Notes: generated from the sequence alone by a model not told the origin. 64,000 bases of DNA from Mobula hypostoma (GCF_963921235.1 NC_086124.1:23932001-23996000), one strand, 5' to 3'. Positions 12,808-25,010 are shown, counted from the first letter of the stretch. Numbers and translations are program-made.

Positions 12808-13457
12808 CTGCGTCGGCGATGAAGGAGTGGATCATGTTGTATCGGGTGAGTGACAATTCGGAAATTATGCGGTCGAAATTGCTTTATTTATGAAAGGGAT
12901 TTGGACCAAATCTGTATTAAAGTTCAACATATAATAAATCCCGTTTAAACGCCCATCTACTGGATTGAAAGAATGACAGCAAACACAGACTGTTGGAGGA
13001 GCTCGGCAGGTCAGGCAGCCTATATGGAAGTGAATAAACAGTTTCCGTTCGAGACCATTCATCAGGACCGAAGAGGAAGGAGGCACACGCCAGAGTGAAA
13101 TGGTGGGGAAGGCGATAAGGAATACAGATTGGTGCGTGATATTTGTGGCCAAGTGAGCGGGTAAATGGGAGGGTGGGGAAGAGGGATGAAGTGGAGACGT
13201 TGTAGTTGATAGTTGGAACAAATAAGGCAAGAGAAGAAGGAATCTGATAAGAGAGGGGAATAGACCATGGGGGAAATTGAAGGAAGTAGTCACAAGGGGG
13301 AGGTGATCTGCTTGTGAGGGAATGAAGGAAGAGTGGTGTCAGAATGGATATTTGAAGAAAAGGGAAGGGGAGCGGAGAAAATTATCGGAAAACATTAATA
13401 CATTGACATTTTTCTTTTTTGCACCTACCATATCAAAAATACTTCCAGGATTAAACC

Positions 13458-13584
13458 TGACGAAGGGTCTCGGCCTGAAACGTCGACTGCGCCTCTTCCT
13501 ATAGATGCTGCTTGGCCTGCTGCGTTCACCAGCAACTTTGATGTATGTTGCTTGAATTTCCAGCATCTGCAGAATTCCTGTTGT
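13458..13584 (+). mobile_element. Unit-A-specific Penelope-like-element-derived short insertion with hammerhead core
   Basis: Flanked by a 15-bp TSD ttccaggattaaacc (13443-13457 and 13585-13599). The site is empty in B1 (~38270) and B2 (~50120). Begins CTGACGA-agggtctcggcct-GAAAC-GTC. Confidence 0.75.
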
Positions 13585-14127
13585 TTCCAGGATTAAACCG
13601 TTTGGTACATCTGATGTGTTGCGTTCGGATCACATCGCAGGAAAATATAAGCTAGCCTGCCAATATTTCGTCATAACCTGCAAGCCAACAGATTGCCCAG
13701 AGATTCTCCTCCGCACTGCTTTCAATCATTCTGTACGTTGGTGACCAGAATTACCCACAGTACTCTAAAAGCGGGCAACGTAATGCTATGCACATGAGAG
13801 TGGTGTTGATTAAAGGAACCGCTTTGACTGAATAGTGGAGAAGTCTTGTTGGGCAGAATAGCTGCATTATGATGCTATAATTTGTAGGTTCAATACCTCA
13901 CCCTGGGTCCCTCTCACTTTCCAGTTTTACCCTTTATACTCACAGGTACGCCCTGTCCTTCGCCTGTTGATCACTCTGTTAACACTCTCTCACTGGCTGT
14001 CTCTTCTTTCCGTTCGACTGCTGCTAGTTCTCGACGAAATGTCTGGATATTATCCCTGCTCTAGTTTATGGCCACAACACTGTGAACCTTTGTCGCTATT
14101 CGCGCCTGTGATTCCTTTTCTCACAAC

Positions 14128-14197
14128 TCTCCACCCTCTCTATCCTTACCCTCTCTCCTTATCCCTGTCTCTCACTCTCTCTCTCTCTCTCTCTCTC
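14128..14197. repeat. CT-rich tract ending in (CT)n
   Basis: Directly visible. Paralogue at ~50665-50727. Confidence 0.85.
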
Positions 14198-14674
14198 GCT
14201 GTGCTCCAGACCCCTTTACTGCGTTGGCATCCATTGTGCGCACACCAGACAGCAGTACAAATGGGGTTCTATGTTGAGGGATGGGTGTTTACAGCGGCGG
14301 TGTGGAGAGGATCGTGTACACGCCGGACTCTAGTGCACTAGGGGCAGTTTTCGGATGTGTCTGTACAGACCGGGCTAGTTAACGATGAAATTTTTTTGAC
14401 ACACCTGCCAATGGAAAACATACTTCCGTGATTAATCCCGTCTGTACATTTCATCAACGGATGTATTTCCTTCGGGTCACCTTGCACGGAAATTACGATC
14501 AACCTGTCCAATAGAGAGAGTCGTGGAGTAATAGAAAAGTACAGCACAGAAAAAGACACTTCGGCCAATCTAGTCTGAGCCGAACCAATTAAACTTCTAC
14601 TCCCCCGACCTACACGCGTATCACAGCCCTCCCTAACCCAGGCATCCGTTTATGTATCCAAGCGTCTCTCAGAT

Positions 14675-15850
14675 TAGAGGTCCCCAACCACCGGGCCGCA
14701 AAGCACGTGCTACAGGGCCGCGAGAAAACCTTTCCTCATTCCCTGTCACGTACTGTTGAGCCATTACGCATGCGAGGTCATTAACCGCGCTTCATCCATG
14801 TCAGCGCGGGAAGGAGATCAATTCCCCGAGCTTGCAAATGACGGCAGGCTGAATAGTATGTTTGACATAACATCTCAGCCGACATTCTGGATCAAAGTCA
14901 AGGCTAAATAACCTGAGATAGCCACGAAAGCACTGAAAACGCTGCTTCCATTTCCAAAATTCTCTGCGAAGCGGGTTTTTCTGTAATGAATGCAACGAAA
15001 ACTAAATTGCCGAATAGACTGGACTTAAGGAACCACCTTCGGGTATCGCTGTCTCCCATCACCCCTCGACAGGACCGTCTCCTTGCAGGGAAACAAGTCC
15101 AAGGCTCCCACTGTTTCAGCGATATCGGTGTGTTGCAATGATTCGATATATTCATACGGGGAAAGTATGGGTTGTGTGTTTAATATCCAAACGTTACTTA
15201 AAATGTCATGATGCTATTGACTTATATAAGCATATAACACTTACAGCACAGAAACAAATCACCTCTGCCCTTCTAGTCCGTGCCGAACGCTTACTCTCAC
15301 CTAGTCCCAACGACCAGCACTCAGCCCACAACCTTCTATTCTTTTCCTGTCCATATATCTATCCATTTTTTCTTTAAATGATAATATCGAACCTGCCTCT
15401 ACCACTTCTACTGGAAGTTCGTTCAACACTTACTTCAAGCTCCCCTGTACTCCTCTGATAATTGATTTAACACTATATTCATGCGAGGAAAATATGCACT
15501 GTGTGTTTAATATTAAATTCGCCAGATAAACCCTTTTAGAAAGGAAATTGAGTGTATTAGGCCCTTATTACCGATATTCCGGACGTGGTTCTCCCGCACC
15601 GCCGAACAGAATCGCCAAAAGCAATTTGTCGGGGATAAAAAATCGTCACGTAAACGCATTCGCACTGGTGCCCGCGCAAGGCTTCATTGTCATTGAAGTC
15701 TTTTTCGGGTAAACCCAACGTATTTGTCTGCTACTCCTGTCCGTTGGCAATCCTACCCACCACCACCACCCCCGCCCCCTGGTCGGCCGGTCCGCAAGAA
15801 TATTGTTAATATTAAACCGGTCCGCAGTGCAAAAAGTTTGGGGACCCCTG
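14675..15850 (+). mobile_element. Non-autonomous hAT (Buster/Charlie-type) element E1
   Basis: Ends (c/t)agaggtcccc..ggggacccctg. Contains a transposase C-terminal remnant (ELANDG..YPEIATKALKTLLPF..) and an internal CR1 3' fragment. Confidence 0.75.
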
Positions 15851-16557
15851 ATCGATTGCAGTGCTTTGCTGTTTGAAAGAAGATTCCAGGAAGTGAGTAC
15901 AAGCTCGAACGGCCTTAAAGTGAAACAGTTTAGAGGTGGTTCGCCAACCAATGATAGACTCCATTTCGCCGATTAAAGCATCGAGGAAGATTGAAATCAA
16001 GGCGAGTGCAGAAACTGAGTGAGGGTTTAAAACTGACTGCTGTTTGATCGCAGGGACGGATCTCTCTGTTGTCAGATGAGTTGTGTAGTACCTTTCACTC
16101 ACTGTTGCCGGATGGTAGGCCTCTGTGTTTTAGTGGTTTCTCTATCTCTATCTCTCGACGTTGGTCAGAGGATATTACCGGGGCTCTGCATTTATGGACT
16201 GGACTATGGAGTTGTTCAATCTTATGATGTTTATACTCTGTCTTTTCGTCAGTTATTTCTCGTTATTTTGTGGCGTGTTTTGTTAGTTCTTTGTGTGAGC
16301 GAAAGGAGTTTGGGGTTTGATGTTCTTGTTCTTGATAGCTTTTTTGTGTGGTGTAGGTGTTGATGTTTATCTTTCAAATCTTTTCATGCATTTCTTTATA
16401 ATGTGGCTATCTGGAGAAAACAAATCTCAGAGTTGCATACTGAGTACATAATTTAATAATAAATGAACCTTTGAACGATTGTTGATGCCTGACGGGGCGA
16501 TTTGGGTATCTCAGAGAATGTTGAACTCATGGGATTATCAGGCACGAGTCTCCAGAG

Positions 16558-17752
16558 CAGGGGTCTGCAATCTTTTTTTGCACTACGGACCGGTTTAATA
16601 TTGACAATAATCTTGCGGACCGGCCGACCGGGGCGGGGGACGGGTAGGGTTGCCAACGGACAAGAGTAGCAGTCAAGTACGTTGTGTTCACCCCGAGAAA
16701 GATTTCAATGGCCATGAAGCCTTGTGCGGGCACCAGTGCGCATGTATCTACGTGCAGATGTTTTTTTTCCCTACAAATTCTTTTTGGCGATTCTGATCGG
16801 GGGATTGGGGGTTTGTTAACCACGACCGAAATATCGGTAATAACAGCCTAATACACACAACTTTCCTTCTAAAAGGGTTAATCTAACGAACTTAATATTA
16901 AATACACAGGGCATATTTTCCTCACATGAATATAGTGATAAGTCAATTATCAGGGGAAGACAGGGGAGCGTGAAGTAAGTGTTGAACGAAATTCCAGTAG
17001 AAGTGGTAGAGGCAGGTTCGATATTATCATTTAAAGAAAAATTGGATGGGTGTATGGGTAGGAAAGGAATTGCGGGTTGTGGGCTGAGTGCAGATCGGTG
17101 GGACTAGGTGAGAGTAGCGTTCAGAGCGGGCTAGAAGGGCAGAAATGGCCTGTTTCCGTGCTGTAATTGTTATATGGTTACATAAGTCAATAGCATCATA
17201 ACATTTTAAGTAACGTTTGGATATTAAACACACAGCACATATTTTCCCCGTATAAACATATAAAATCATTGCAACACACCGATATCGCTGAATCAGTGGG
17301 AGCCTTGGACTTGTTTCCCTGCAAGGAGACTGTCCTGTCATAGGGTGATGGGAGACAGCGATGCTCGAAGGGGGTTCCTTATGTCCAGTCTATTCCGCAA
17401 TTTGGTTTTCGTTGCATTCATTGCAGAAAAGCCGGCTTCGCAAGAGATATTTTGGAAAAGGAAGAAGTGTTTTCAGTGCTTTCGTTCCTATCTCAGGATA
17501 TTTAGCCTTGGCTTTGATCCAGAATGCCGGCAGAGATGTTATGTCAAACAGACTTTTTAGCCCGCCGTCTATTGCAAGCTTGGGGAGTTAATCTCCTTCC
17601 CGCGATGACATGGACGATGCACAGTTAATGACCTCGCATGCGTAATTGCTCAACAGTGCGTGACAGGGAATGAGGAAAGGTTTCCTCGCGGCCCGGTAGC
17701 ACATGCTTTGCGGCCAGGTACCGGTCCGCGGCCCGGTGGTTGGGGACCACTG
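16558..17752 (-). mobile_element. Non-autonomous Buster/Charlie-type element E2, inverted relative to E1
   Basis: Ends caggggtc..ggggaccactg. Reverse complement of E1 along its length. Confidence 0.75.
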
Positions 17753-18007
17753 GCCAAAATAAAATTCTAGTGAGCGGAGGGAAATCTGCACGTAAACGCA
17801 TGTGCACTGCTGCGCGCGCAAGGCTTCATGGATATTGAAGTCTTTCTCGAGGTAAACACAACATAGTTGACTACTATTCTTCTCCGTTGGCAACCCTACT
17901 CCCCACAACCACCCGCCCCGCCCCCCCCCCCATCCGCCCACAGCGGTCGGCAAGAATATTGTCAATATTAAACCGGTCCACAGTGCAAAAAAAATTGGGG
18001 ACCCCTG
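17753..18007 (+). mobile_element. Isolated 3'-terminal fragment of the same Buster-type family
   Basis: Matches the last ~250 nt of E1 and ends ggggacccctg. Confidence 0.7.
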
Positions 18008-18009
18008 CA

Positions 18010-19555
18010 TTAATCCTTACTCTTTTTTTCCTCTCTGCCAACCAATTTTCTATCCCTGTCAGTACCCTACCCCCAACGCCATTTACTCTAATTTTGCACA
18101 ATTACCTCTATGTGGCTTTCTGAAAGTCCAGGTACAGTACATCCTCTGGCTTTCCCATGTCCATTTTTATAGTTACATTCTCAAAAAAAGTCCAGAAGAT
18201 TAGTCAAGCATCATTTCCCTTTCGTAAATCCATGCTGACTCGTACCTATCCTGCCACTGCTATCCAAACATTCCGCTATTACATCTTTTATAATTAATTC
18301 CATTATCTTCTCCACCACTGATGTCAGACTAACTGGTCTATAATTGTCTGTTTTCTCTCTCCCTCCTTTCTTAAAAAGTGGGATAACATTAGCTACCCTC
18401 CAATCCGTAGGAACTGATCGTGAATCTATAGAACAATGGAAAATAATTACAAATGCGTCCAATGTAAAATTAAGTTACAATGTAAATTGAAAAGCGTAAA
18501 TACAGGACTGAAGGTGTCATATCTGAAAGCATGCAGTACACTGGAATAAGGTCAATGAACTTGTAGCACAGTTAGAGATCGGCAGGTATGATGTTGTAAG
18601 CATCACGGAATCATGGCTGAAAGAAGATTATAGCTGGGAGATTAATGTCCAACGGTACACATCGTATCGAAAGGACAGGCAGGAAGCCAGAGGAGCCAGT
18701 ATTCTTCTGTTAGTAAAAGTGTAATTTAATTATTAGAAATGGTTGACATACGTTCGGCAGGTGTTGAATCATTGTGGATAGAGCTTAGAAACTGCAAGGG
18801 GTATAAAGAACCTGAAACGGGGTATACAAAATGCGTTCCAAAAGGGGAACCTTACAATAGTCATGGGGGATTTCAATATGTAAGCAGATTGGGTTGCTGT
18901 GGGATTCCAAGGGGGAAATTCCAGAATGCCTATGGGATGGTGTTTCAGAGCTGCTCGTGTTGAGCCACGAAAGGAGAATCTATTGATGTTGTGTACTTAG
19001 GTTTTCAGAAGGCCATTGACAAGGTGCCACACGTGAGGCTGCTTGGTAAGCTACGTGCTCATGGTATTACAGGAAAGATTCTCGCATGGATAAAGCACTG
19101 GCTGACTGGCAGGAGGCAAAGACTAGGAATAAAGGGGGCTTTTCTGGTGGCTGCCGGTGACTACTGGTGTTCCATGGGGTCTGTGTTATGACCGATTCTT
19201 CTTACATTATATGTTAATGATTTGGATGATGGATTTCATGGTTTTGTTGCAACATTGCAGACGATACGCAGATAGGTGGAGTGGCAGATAGTTTTGCAGA
19301 AATAGAGAGGCTACAGAAGTACTTAGACAGATTAGGAGAATGGACAAAGAAGTGGCAGGTGGAATACAGTGTCGGGAAGTACTTGGTCATATACTTCGAT
19401 AGAAGATGTGAAAGGGTTGACTCTTTTCTAAGTGGAGAGAAAATACAAAATCTGAGGCACAAGGGGACTTGGGAGTCCTTCTGCAGGATTCTCTGAAGCT
19501 CAATTTTCAGGTGGAGTCTGTGGTGAGGAAGTCAAATGCAATATTAGAATTAAAT
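18010..19555. mobile_element. Divergent CR1 ORF2 fragments (- 18010-18465 pre-RT region, + 18480-19555 endonuclease/RT with deletions)
   Basis: DWRVANVIPLFKKGGREKTDNYRPVSLTS on -; YLGFQKAIDKVPH on +. Confidence 0.85.
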
Positions 19556-19561
19556 GCAATA

Positions 19562-22280
19562 ATAGTATACATCCAGGCGCAGATCCGTGGCCTCGCGAGA
19601 CTAACGGATTCCACACGCACGCACTGCGCTTTTACAAGCGAGCGTGGGCCTGGGACCTGCATTATTTTGGACGGCGTGAAAAAATTGATCGATTTTTAAT
19701 CAGAAAACGAACTCATCCAGAGGAATCAGTGGTGTCTCTGCCTGAGCATGTTTTAATTGAAAGTGCCATGCAGAAAGAAGTAAGTGAGGATGAAGACGAC
19801 AGCAGTACATCGAAGGAGTGTGAGGGCGAAGTAGAGGAACAAGAAATGGAGCGGAATTCGGAAGAGAACGTGGATGAAGCTGCTCTTAGTGCGAGTGGAA
19901 ATACTGTTAGCGATGATAGCCAGCAGTCTGAGATTGGACCCCGGCGGCCAGCATTGAAAAAGTACCCTTCGCAACAGTTTGGTAATCACAAAGGAGTATT
20001 CGTAGCTGGTTGGAGCTGTACTCCTTGCTGGAATATTCAATCACAAAAGATGCTACATTTTGCTTCGCATGCAGACATTTCCTCTGTGGGTTACCTGGGT
20101 TCTATACTGAGTCTACCCTCACTGTCACCAATTACCGCAACTGGCGGAAACCTACAACAGCTTTCAAAACCCACCACCTAAGTGCAGCTCATAAGTTGGC
20201 TATGGAGGCATGTGGCGAATTCAGATTGAGAAAACAAGACGGTTCAAGATTGGGAAATATGCTTGATAAAAGACATGCAAACATTGTCCAAGGAAGTCGT
20301 GAGTATATGTGAGCAGTGGTTGAGTCTCTACGCTGTACTGCGTGCCAAGGCATTGCCCAGCGAGGATACCGGCAGAATGATGGATCTGGCAACAAGGGAA
20401 ACTTTGTTGAGTTGCTCAGTGTAATTGGGAAGTTTGATAAGACTGTAGCTAAAAAGAAGAATAGAGGACAATCCTGGAAATGCAAAAAACACCCATCACC
20501 ATATCCAAAATGAAATTATGAGTATTATGGCAGATATGGTCGGACGACAAATAAGTGCAGAAATGCAGGAGGCTGGATATTTTGCCAGCATGGTGGATGA
20601 AAGTAAGGACTTGAGTAAAAAGGAGCAAGTATCAGTGGTGGTGCGGTATCTGAATAAAGAAACAGTGCTTGAAGAATTCTTGCACTTCTCTCCAGCAGAA
20701 GGGTTGGACGCAGAGTCGCTTCTTCAAAGCATTGAACAGACGCTCGCCCAGTGTGTTATTGATAAGAACGCGTGTATAGGTCAGTGTTATTACGGGGCGG
20801 CAGTGATGTCCGGGTACAATAACGGGGTACAAGAGAGGCATTATATATACACTGCCATGCTCACAGACTTAACCTTATTTTAGTGGATGTTGTGAGCAAT
20901 GTACCAGAAGCGGGTGAGTTTTTTTGAAACTGTGCAGCTGCTTTACAACTTCTTTTCAAACTCTGTTGCCCACGATCTTTTCATGAAGAAACAGAGAGAA
21001 TTGGAATCAACTGCACAGCCCGTGGAGTCGAAGAAATTGCCAGATACACACTGGGCATGGCGGTATACAGCTTTGTCTGGTATAAGGAAATCACTCTCTG
21101 CCATTCCAGCTACACTACAGGATATTACGGGTCAACCAAGTGCACGGAAGAAAACGGAGGTCAGAGCTTTAAATGGACTGATTGACTCGCAGTTTGCTTT
21201 ACTTCTCACTCTGTTTGAGGATTTATTCGGAGTCACTAAGTTCATGTCATACCAGCTACAATCTCCCAGTTTGGAGCTTTCATCCGCGGCGAACTTGGCT
21301 CTGTCTGTTATCGATGCACTCTCAGCAAAACGGGGAGAGGAATCATGAAGTGAAATTCAGACAAGAGCTAGGGACCTGTGCGTCAAGGCCGGTATACAGA
21401 GCAGAGCACATGAAAGGAGACGGGCCCAGCCACACCGCCGCCTACATCATTTTGTTGTTGAGGCCCAAACTGAACGCACACCTGTCACATCCTATGATGA
21501 CCTTCGCAGCCACAGTTTCTATCCAGTTATAGACAGACTTCTGACTGAAATGGAAAGGCGATTCTCAATTGAGACTGGGGGTGTTCTGACTGGAGTCTTG
21601 GCATTGACTCCCAAACATAAGTTCTTCCTGGACAAGTATTGTCTTTGGCCAATGGCCCAATACTATGGAGTGACTGAAGTGAACCTCACTGCAGAGCTAC
21701 ATCAGGTTCGGCATCTGCTGGAAACAAAACAAAAGGAAGGACAGATAATGAATGACATAGTGGAATTTCTAGCTCTAATGAGACACGACGGCGATGCATT
21801 TATAGATTTATACAAACTAATCTGCATATCACTGACTCTGCCTGTTACATCTCCCTCATGCGAACGGAGTTTCTTTTGCCTCAGACGCGTCGAAAACTAC
21901 TTAAGGAACAGCAGCGGCGATGCTCGGAATAGCAACTTGGCTCTGTTGGCCATAAACAAAAGGAGGCCCAAAGCACGTGACATCCAGAAAATCATTGATG
22001 CTTTCGCCACCAATCACAACAACAGACGGATTTTCCTTCTTTATGCTACGTGTAGCCCAGGTTGTCCTCGATGTCGTCTGACACTGTAACAGTTCACTTC
22101 TATATTAGATCTATCAATTATTTTTGCTTGTGAATCAATAGAGGCATTTACAGTAGGCACTTAATGCTTGAAACTGACTTTTTAACGCCACGCGTCTGGC
22201 CTTGCGAATACATATTACCATACAGTGCATCCCTCAGCACCATTACTGAATCATTCAACCCCTCCGTAGGACCAGCAAGA
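19562..22280 (+). mobile_element. Truncated unit A copy of the same hAT element
   Basis: ORF fragments 20010-22089 match unit B. CYDG is changed to CYYG, both termini are deleted and there is an internal ~0.5-kb 3' deletion. Confidence 0.88.
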
Positions 22281-22289
22281 AAAAATCCT

Positions 22290-23330
22290 TTCCCTGGGCC
22301 TTTGCACTCAGATCTGCAGCTGGATTTTCAACTTCCTCACAGACAGAACCCAGGCTGTAAAAATTGAGGACAAGCTCTCCTCTACAATCACTCTGAGCAC
22401 CGGTGCCCCACAAGGCTGTGTACTCAGCACCCTGCTGTACTCACTGCACACCCATGATTGTGTAGCCAAGTTTCCATCAAACTCAATAGATAAGTTTGCT
22501 GATGACACAACAATTGTTGGTCGTATCTCGGGTAATGATGAGTTTCAATACAGAGAGGAAATTAAGAACCTGGTGGCATGGTGCGAAGACAATAACCTAT
22601 CCCTCAACGGCAGCAAGACGAAAGAATTAGTTGTTGAATTCGGAAGGAGTAGCGGACTGCACTGCCCAATTTCCGTCGGTGGTGCGCAAGTGGAACAGGT
22701 CAAAAGCTTTAAGTTCCTCGGGGTCAATATCACAAATACCCTGACTTGGTCCAACCAAGCAGAGTTCACTGCCAAGAAGGCCCACCAGCGCCTTTACTTC
22801 CTGAGAAAACTAAAGAAATGTCGTCTGTCTCCTAAAACCCTCACTAATTTTTATAGATGCACCGTAGAAAGCATTCTTCTAGGGTACATCACAGCCTGGT
22901 ACGGAAGTTGTCCTGTCCAAGACCGAAAGAAGCTGCAGAAGGTCGTGAACACGCCGCAGCGCATCACACAAACCAATCTTCCATCCTTGGACTCACTTTA
23001 CCCCGCACGCTGTCGGAGCAGTGCTGCCAGGGTAACAGAAGACACGACCCACCCAGCCAACATACTTTTTTCGTCCCTCTTCCTTCCGGGAGAAGGCTCA
23101 GGAGCTTGAAGACTCCTACGGCCAGATTTGGGAACAGCTTCTTTCCAACTGTGATGAGACTGCTGAACAGATCCTGACCCGGATCTGGGCCGGACCCTCC
23201 AAATATCCGGACCTGCTTCTCGGTTTTTTTGCACTGCCTTACTTCCCATTTTTCTATTTTCTATTTATGATTTATAATTTATTTTTTTTTTAATATTTAC
23301 TCATTTTAACTATTTTTGCTATATTAAATA
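22290..23330 (+). mobile_element. Rex1/Babar-type LINE 3' portion (RT domain to tail)
   Basis: Open frame [33 protein letters not shown]. The unit B copy (~61310-61555) has lost ~0.8 kb. Confidence 0.8.
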
Positions 23331-23593
23331 TTTAATATTTGTGATCCAGGGAGTGTGAAGCGCAGAATCAAATATCGCTGTGATGATTTTACGTTCTAGT
23401 ACCAATTGTTTGGTGACAATAAAGTGTAAAGTATAAGTATGAGCAAAAGTGTAAGTATAGGAGGGGAGTCCAGGACAAGAGAGCACAGCCTTATAATAGA
23501 AAGATGTCCATTTAAAAAAGAGATGAGGTGGAATTTCTTTAGCCGGAGGCTGGTGAATCTGCAGAATTTGTTGAGTTCTGTTCATTTGGGCTA

Positions 23594-23776
23594 TGTAATT
23601 ATTTAAGACGCATGCGCACTCTCCCAGTTATACGCATGCACGCGGAAGGAGGAAGAGGAACTGTGGGATGTAAAGCTGGCGGCCTTGGGTACTGAACAGA
23701 GGCATACAAAGTAAAGTGGTTTAAACAAAAGGAAAATGTGTCTTTGCTGTTTGGCCGTTATCAGTGGTAGCGGTGG
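23594..23776 (+). mobile_element. Possible 170-nt LTR (TG..CA) followed by a PBS-like TGGTAGCGG
   Basis: tgtaattatt..cgttatca then gtggtagcggtgg. Paralogue at 61815-61997. No second LTR or gag seen. Confidence 0.3.
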
Positions 23777-24182
23777 ACGTTTACCATCTATCGACCTCTG
23801 CGATATGGGCCCTGCGCACTACTGAGTATGTTTGAAGCAGAGGTCGATAGGTTCTTGATTGGAAAGAACATCAAAGGTTACGGGGAGAAGTCAGGAGACT
23901 GGGGTTCAGCGAGACAATGAATCTGTCACGATGGAATCCCAGAGTAGACTTGATGAATCAAATGGCCCAATTCTGCTCTTAGCGTTATGGTTTTATGGTA
24001 TCGAAGCTGTCTGACTTGATTCTCACAATTGACAGCAGAGAGGATGAGAGAGGTCTTGAGCAGTTGGGACTTGCTTCTGGACAGAAACGGGCCACGATGG
24101 ATTCTGTGTCAAGTTGACATCAGTGGGAATCCGGTGGTGTTGACGGGGTCAGTCGACATTTCTCCAACTTGCCCGTTCTTAC

Positions 24183-24452
24183 CAAGAGGTATCATGAACT
24201 TCCCACTGACAGACTCGTGTTCCATATGACAGACGTACCCCTGGCTGTCTCCATCCAGTGTACGGACACGCCTAACTTGAAAGGTTCCATTGCTTTGAGG
24301 GACAACGTTGGTCGTGTCTGATGCATTGTCAGCGAATTCCCCGTTTCTGACCCAGTGCAATTTTTTGTCCCGGGGGAAGAAGTTCTTGGCCGTGCCAACC
24401 TGATACATTTCGCCTCGTTTCTTCAGTGTCAAGGCTCTGGTATGGGTAGGAG
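24183..24452 (-). pseudogene. Ig C1-set domain exon (MHC/SIRP/B7-H6-like), unit A copy, first Cys lost
   Basis: Acceptor ttctccaattccttcacag|, donor G|gtaaga, 270 nt, phase 1-1. Encodes ..YQVGTAKNFFPRDKKLHWVRNG..NGTFQ..YVCHMEH. The B-strand Cys codon is GGC here and TGC in unit B. Confidence 0.85.
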
Positions 24453-24649
24453 CTGTGAAGGAATTGGAGAAGAGTGTATGGGTTCATAGTAGCTTAGCTC
24501 TCTTGTGACTGGACGGTAGGCACAGAACTTCATCCTGTGTCTGAACCCGCGAGTATGTGATAGCATAGTGTAGAGGGGGCCTCACTCTGTGTCTGACCCG
24601 AGAAGTGGTAGATTGTGAGATCAATAGCCCATCTTATCATACGACAGAA

Positions 24650-25010
24650 CCAATTAATACTTTTATAACAGCGGGGAGAAGCTGTCCTTAAGCCTGGTGG
24701 GATGTCCTTTCATGCTTTTGTATCTTCTGCCTGATAGGAGAGGGGAGAAGTGATAATCTCTAGGGGTGGGTGGGATCTCTCATCATTCTGGCTGCTGTAC
24801 TCAGGCAGCGAGATATCTATTGCGGGGAAGCTGGTTTTTGTGATGTGCTGAGATGTGTCCATGGCTCTCCACTGTCTCTTGTGGTCACGGGCAGAGCAGT
24901 TGCCGCAGTGAGCGCCGATGGATCTGCAGAGCGAGCACAGCGCAAGTTCTGACCGGCTGATCCGCTATACTGCCGGGAACACTACACCTCTGGCCCGTAC
25001 CACTGAACGG
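24650..25010 (-). mobile_element. Rex1/Babar-type LINE 3' fragment spanning the arbitrary unit boundary
   Basis: Degenerate version of the same C-terminal region. Paralogue at ~62880-63240. Confidence 0.55.

Larger units (their letters stand above)
1..24977. repeat. Tandem segmental duplication unit A (phase set by window start)
   Basis: Bases 1-80 (aactctacacctctggcccg...) recur at 24978 and 63200. Gene and repeat order is collinear with unit B. Confidence 0.95.

Noticed and set aside
19729-22089. Domesticated ZMYM1/ZBED-like host gene
   Set aside because: Multiple stops and frameshifts in both copies. TIRs and TSD in unit B show it is a transposon fossil.
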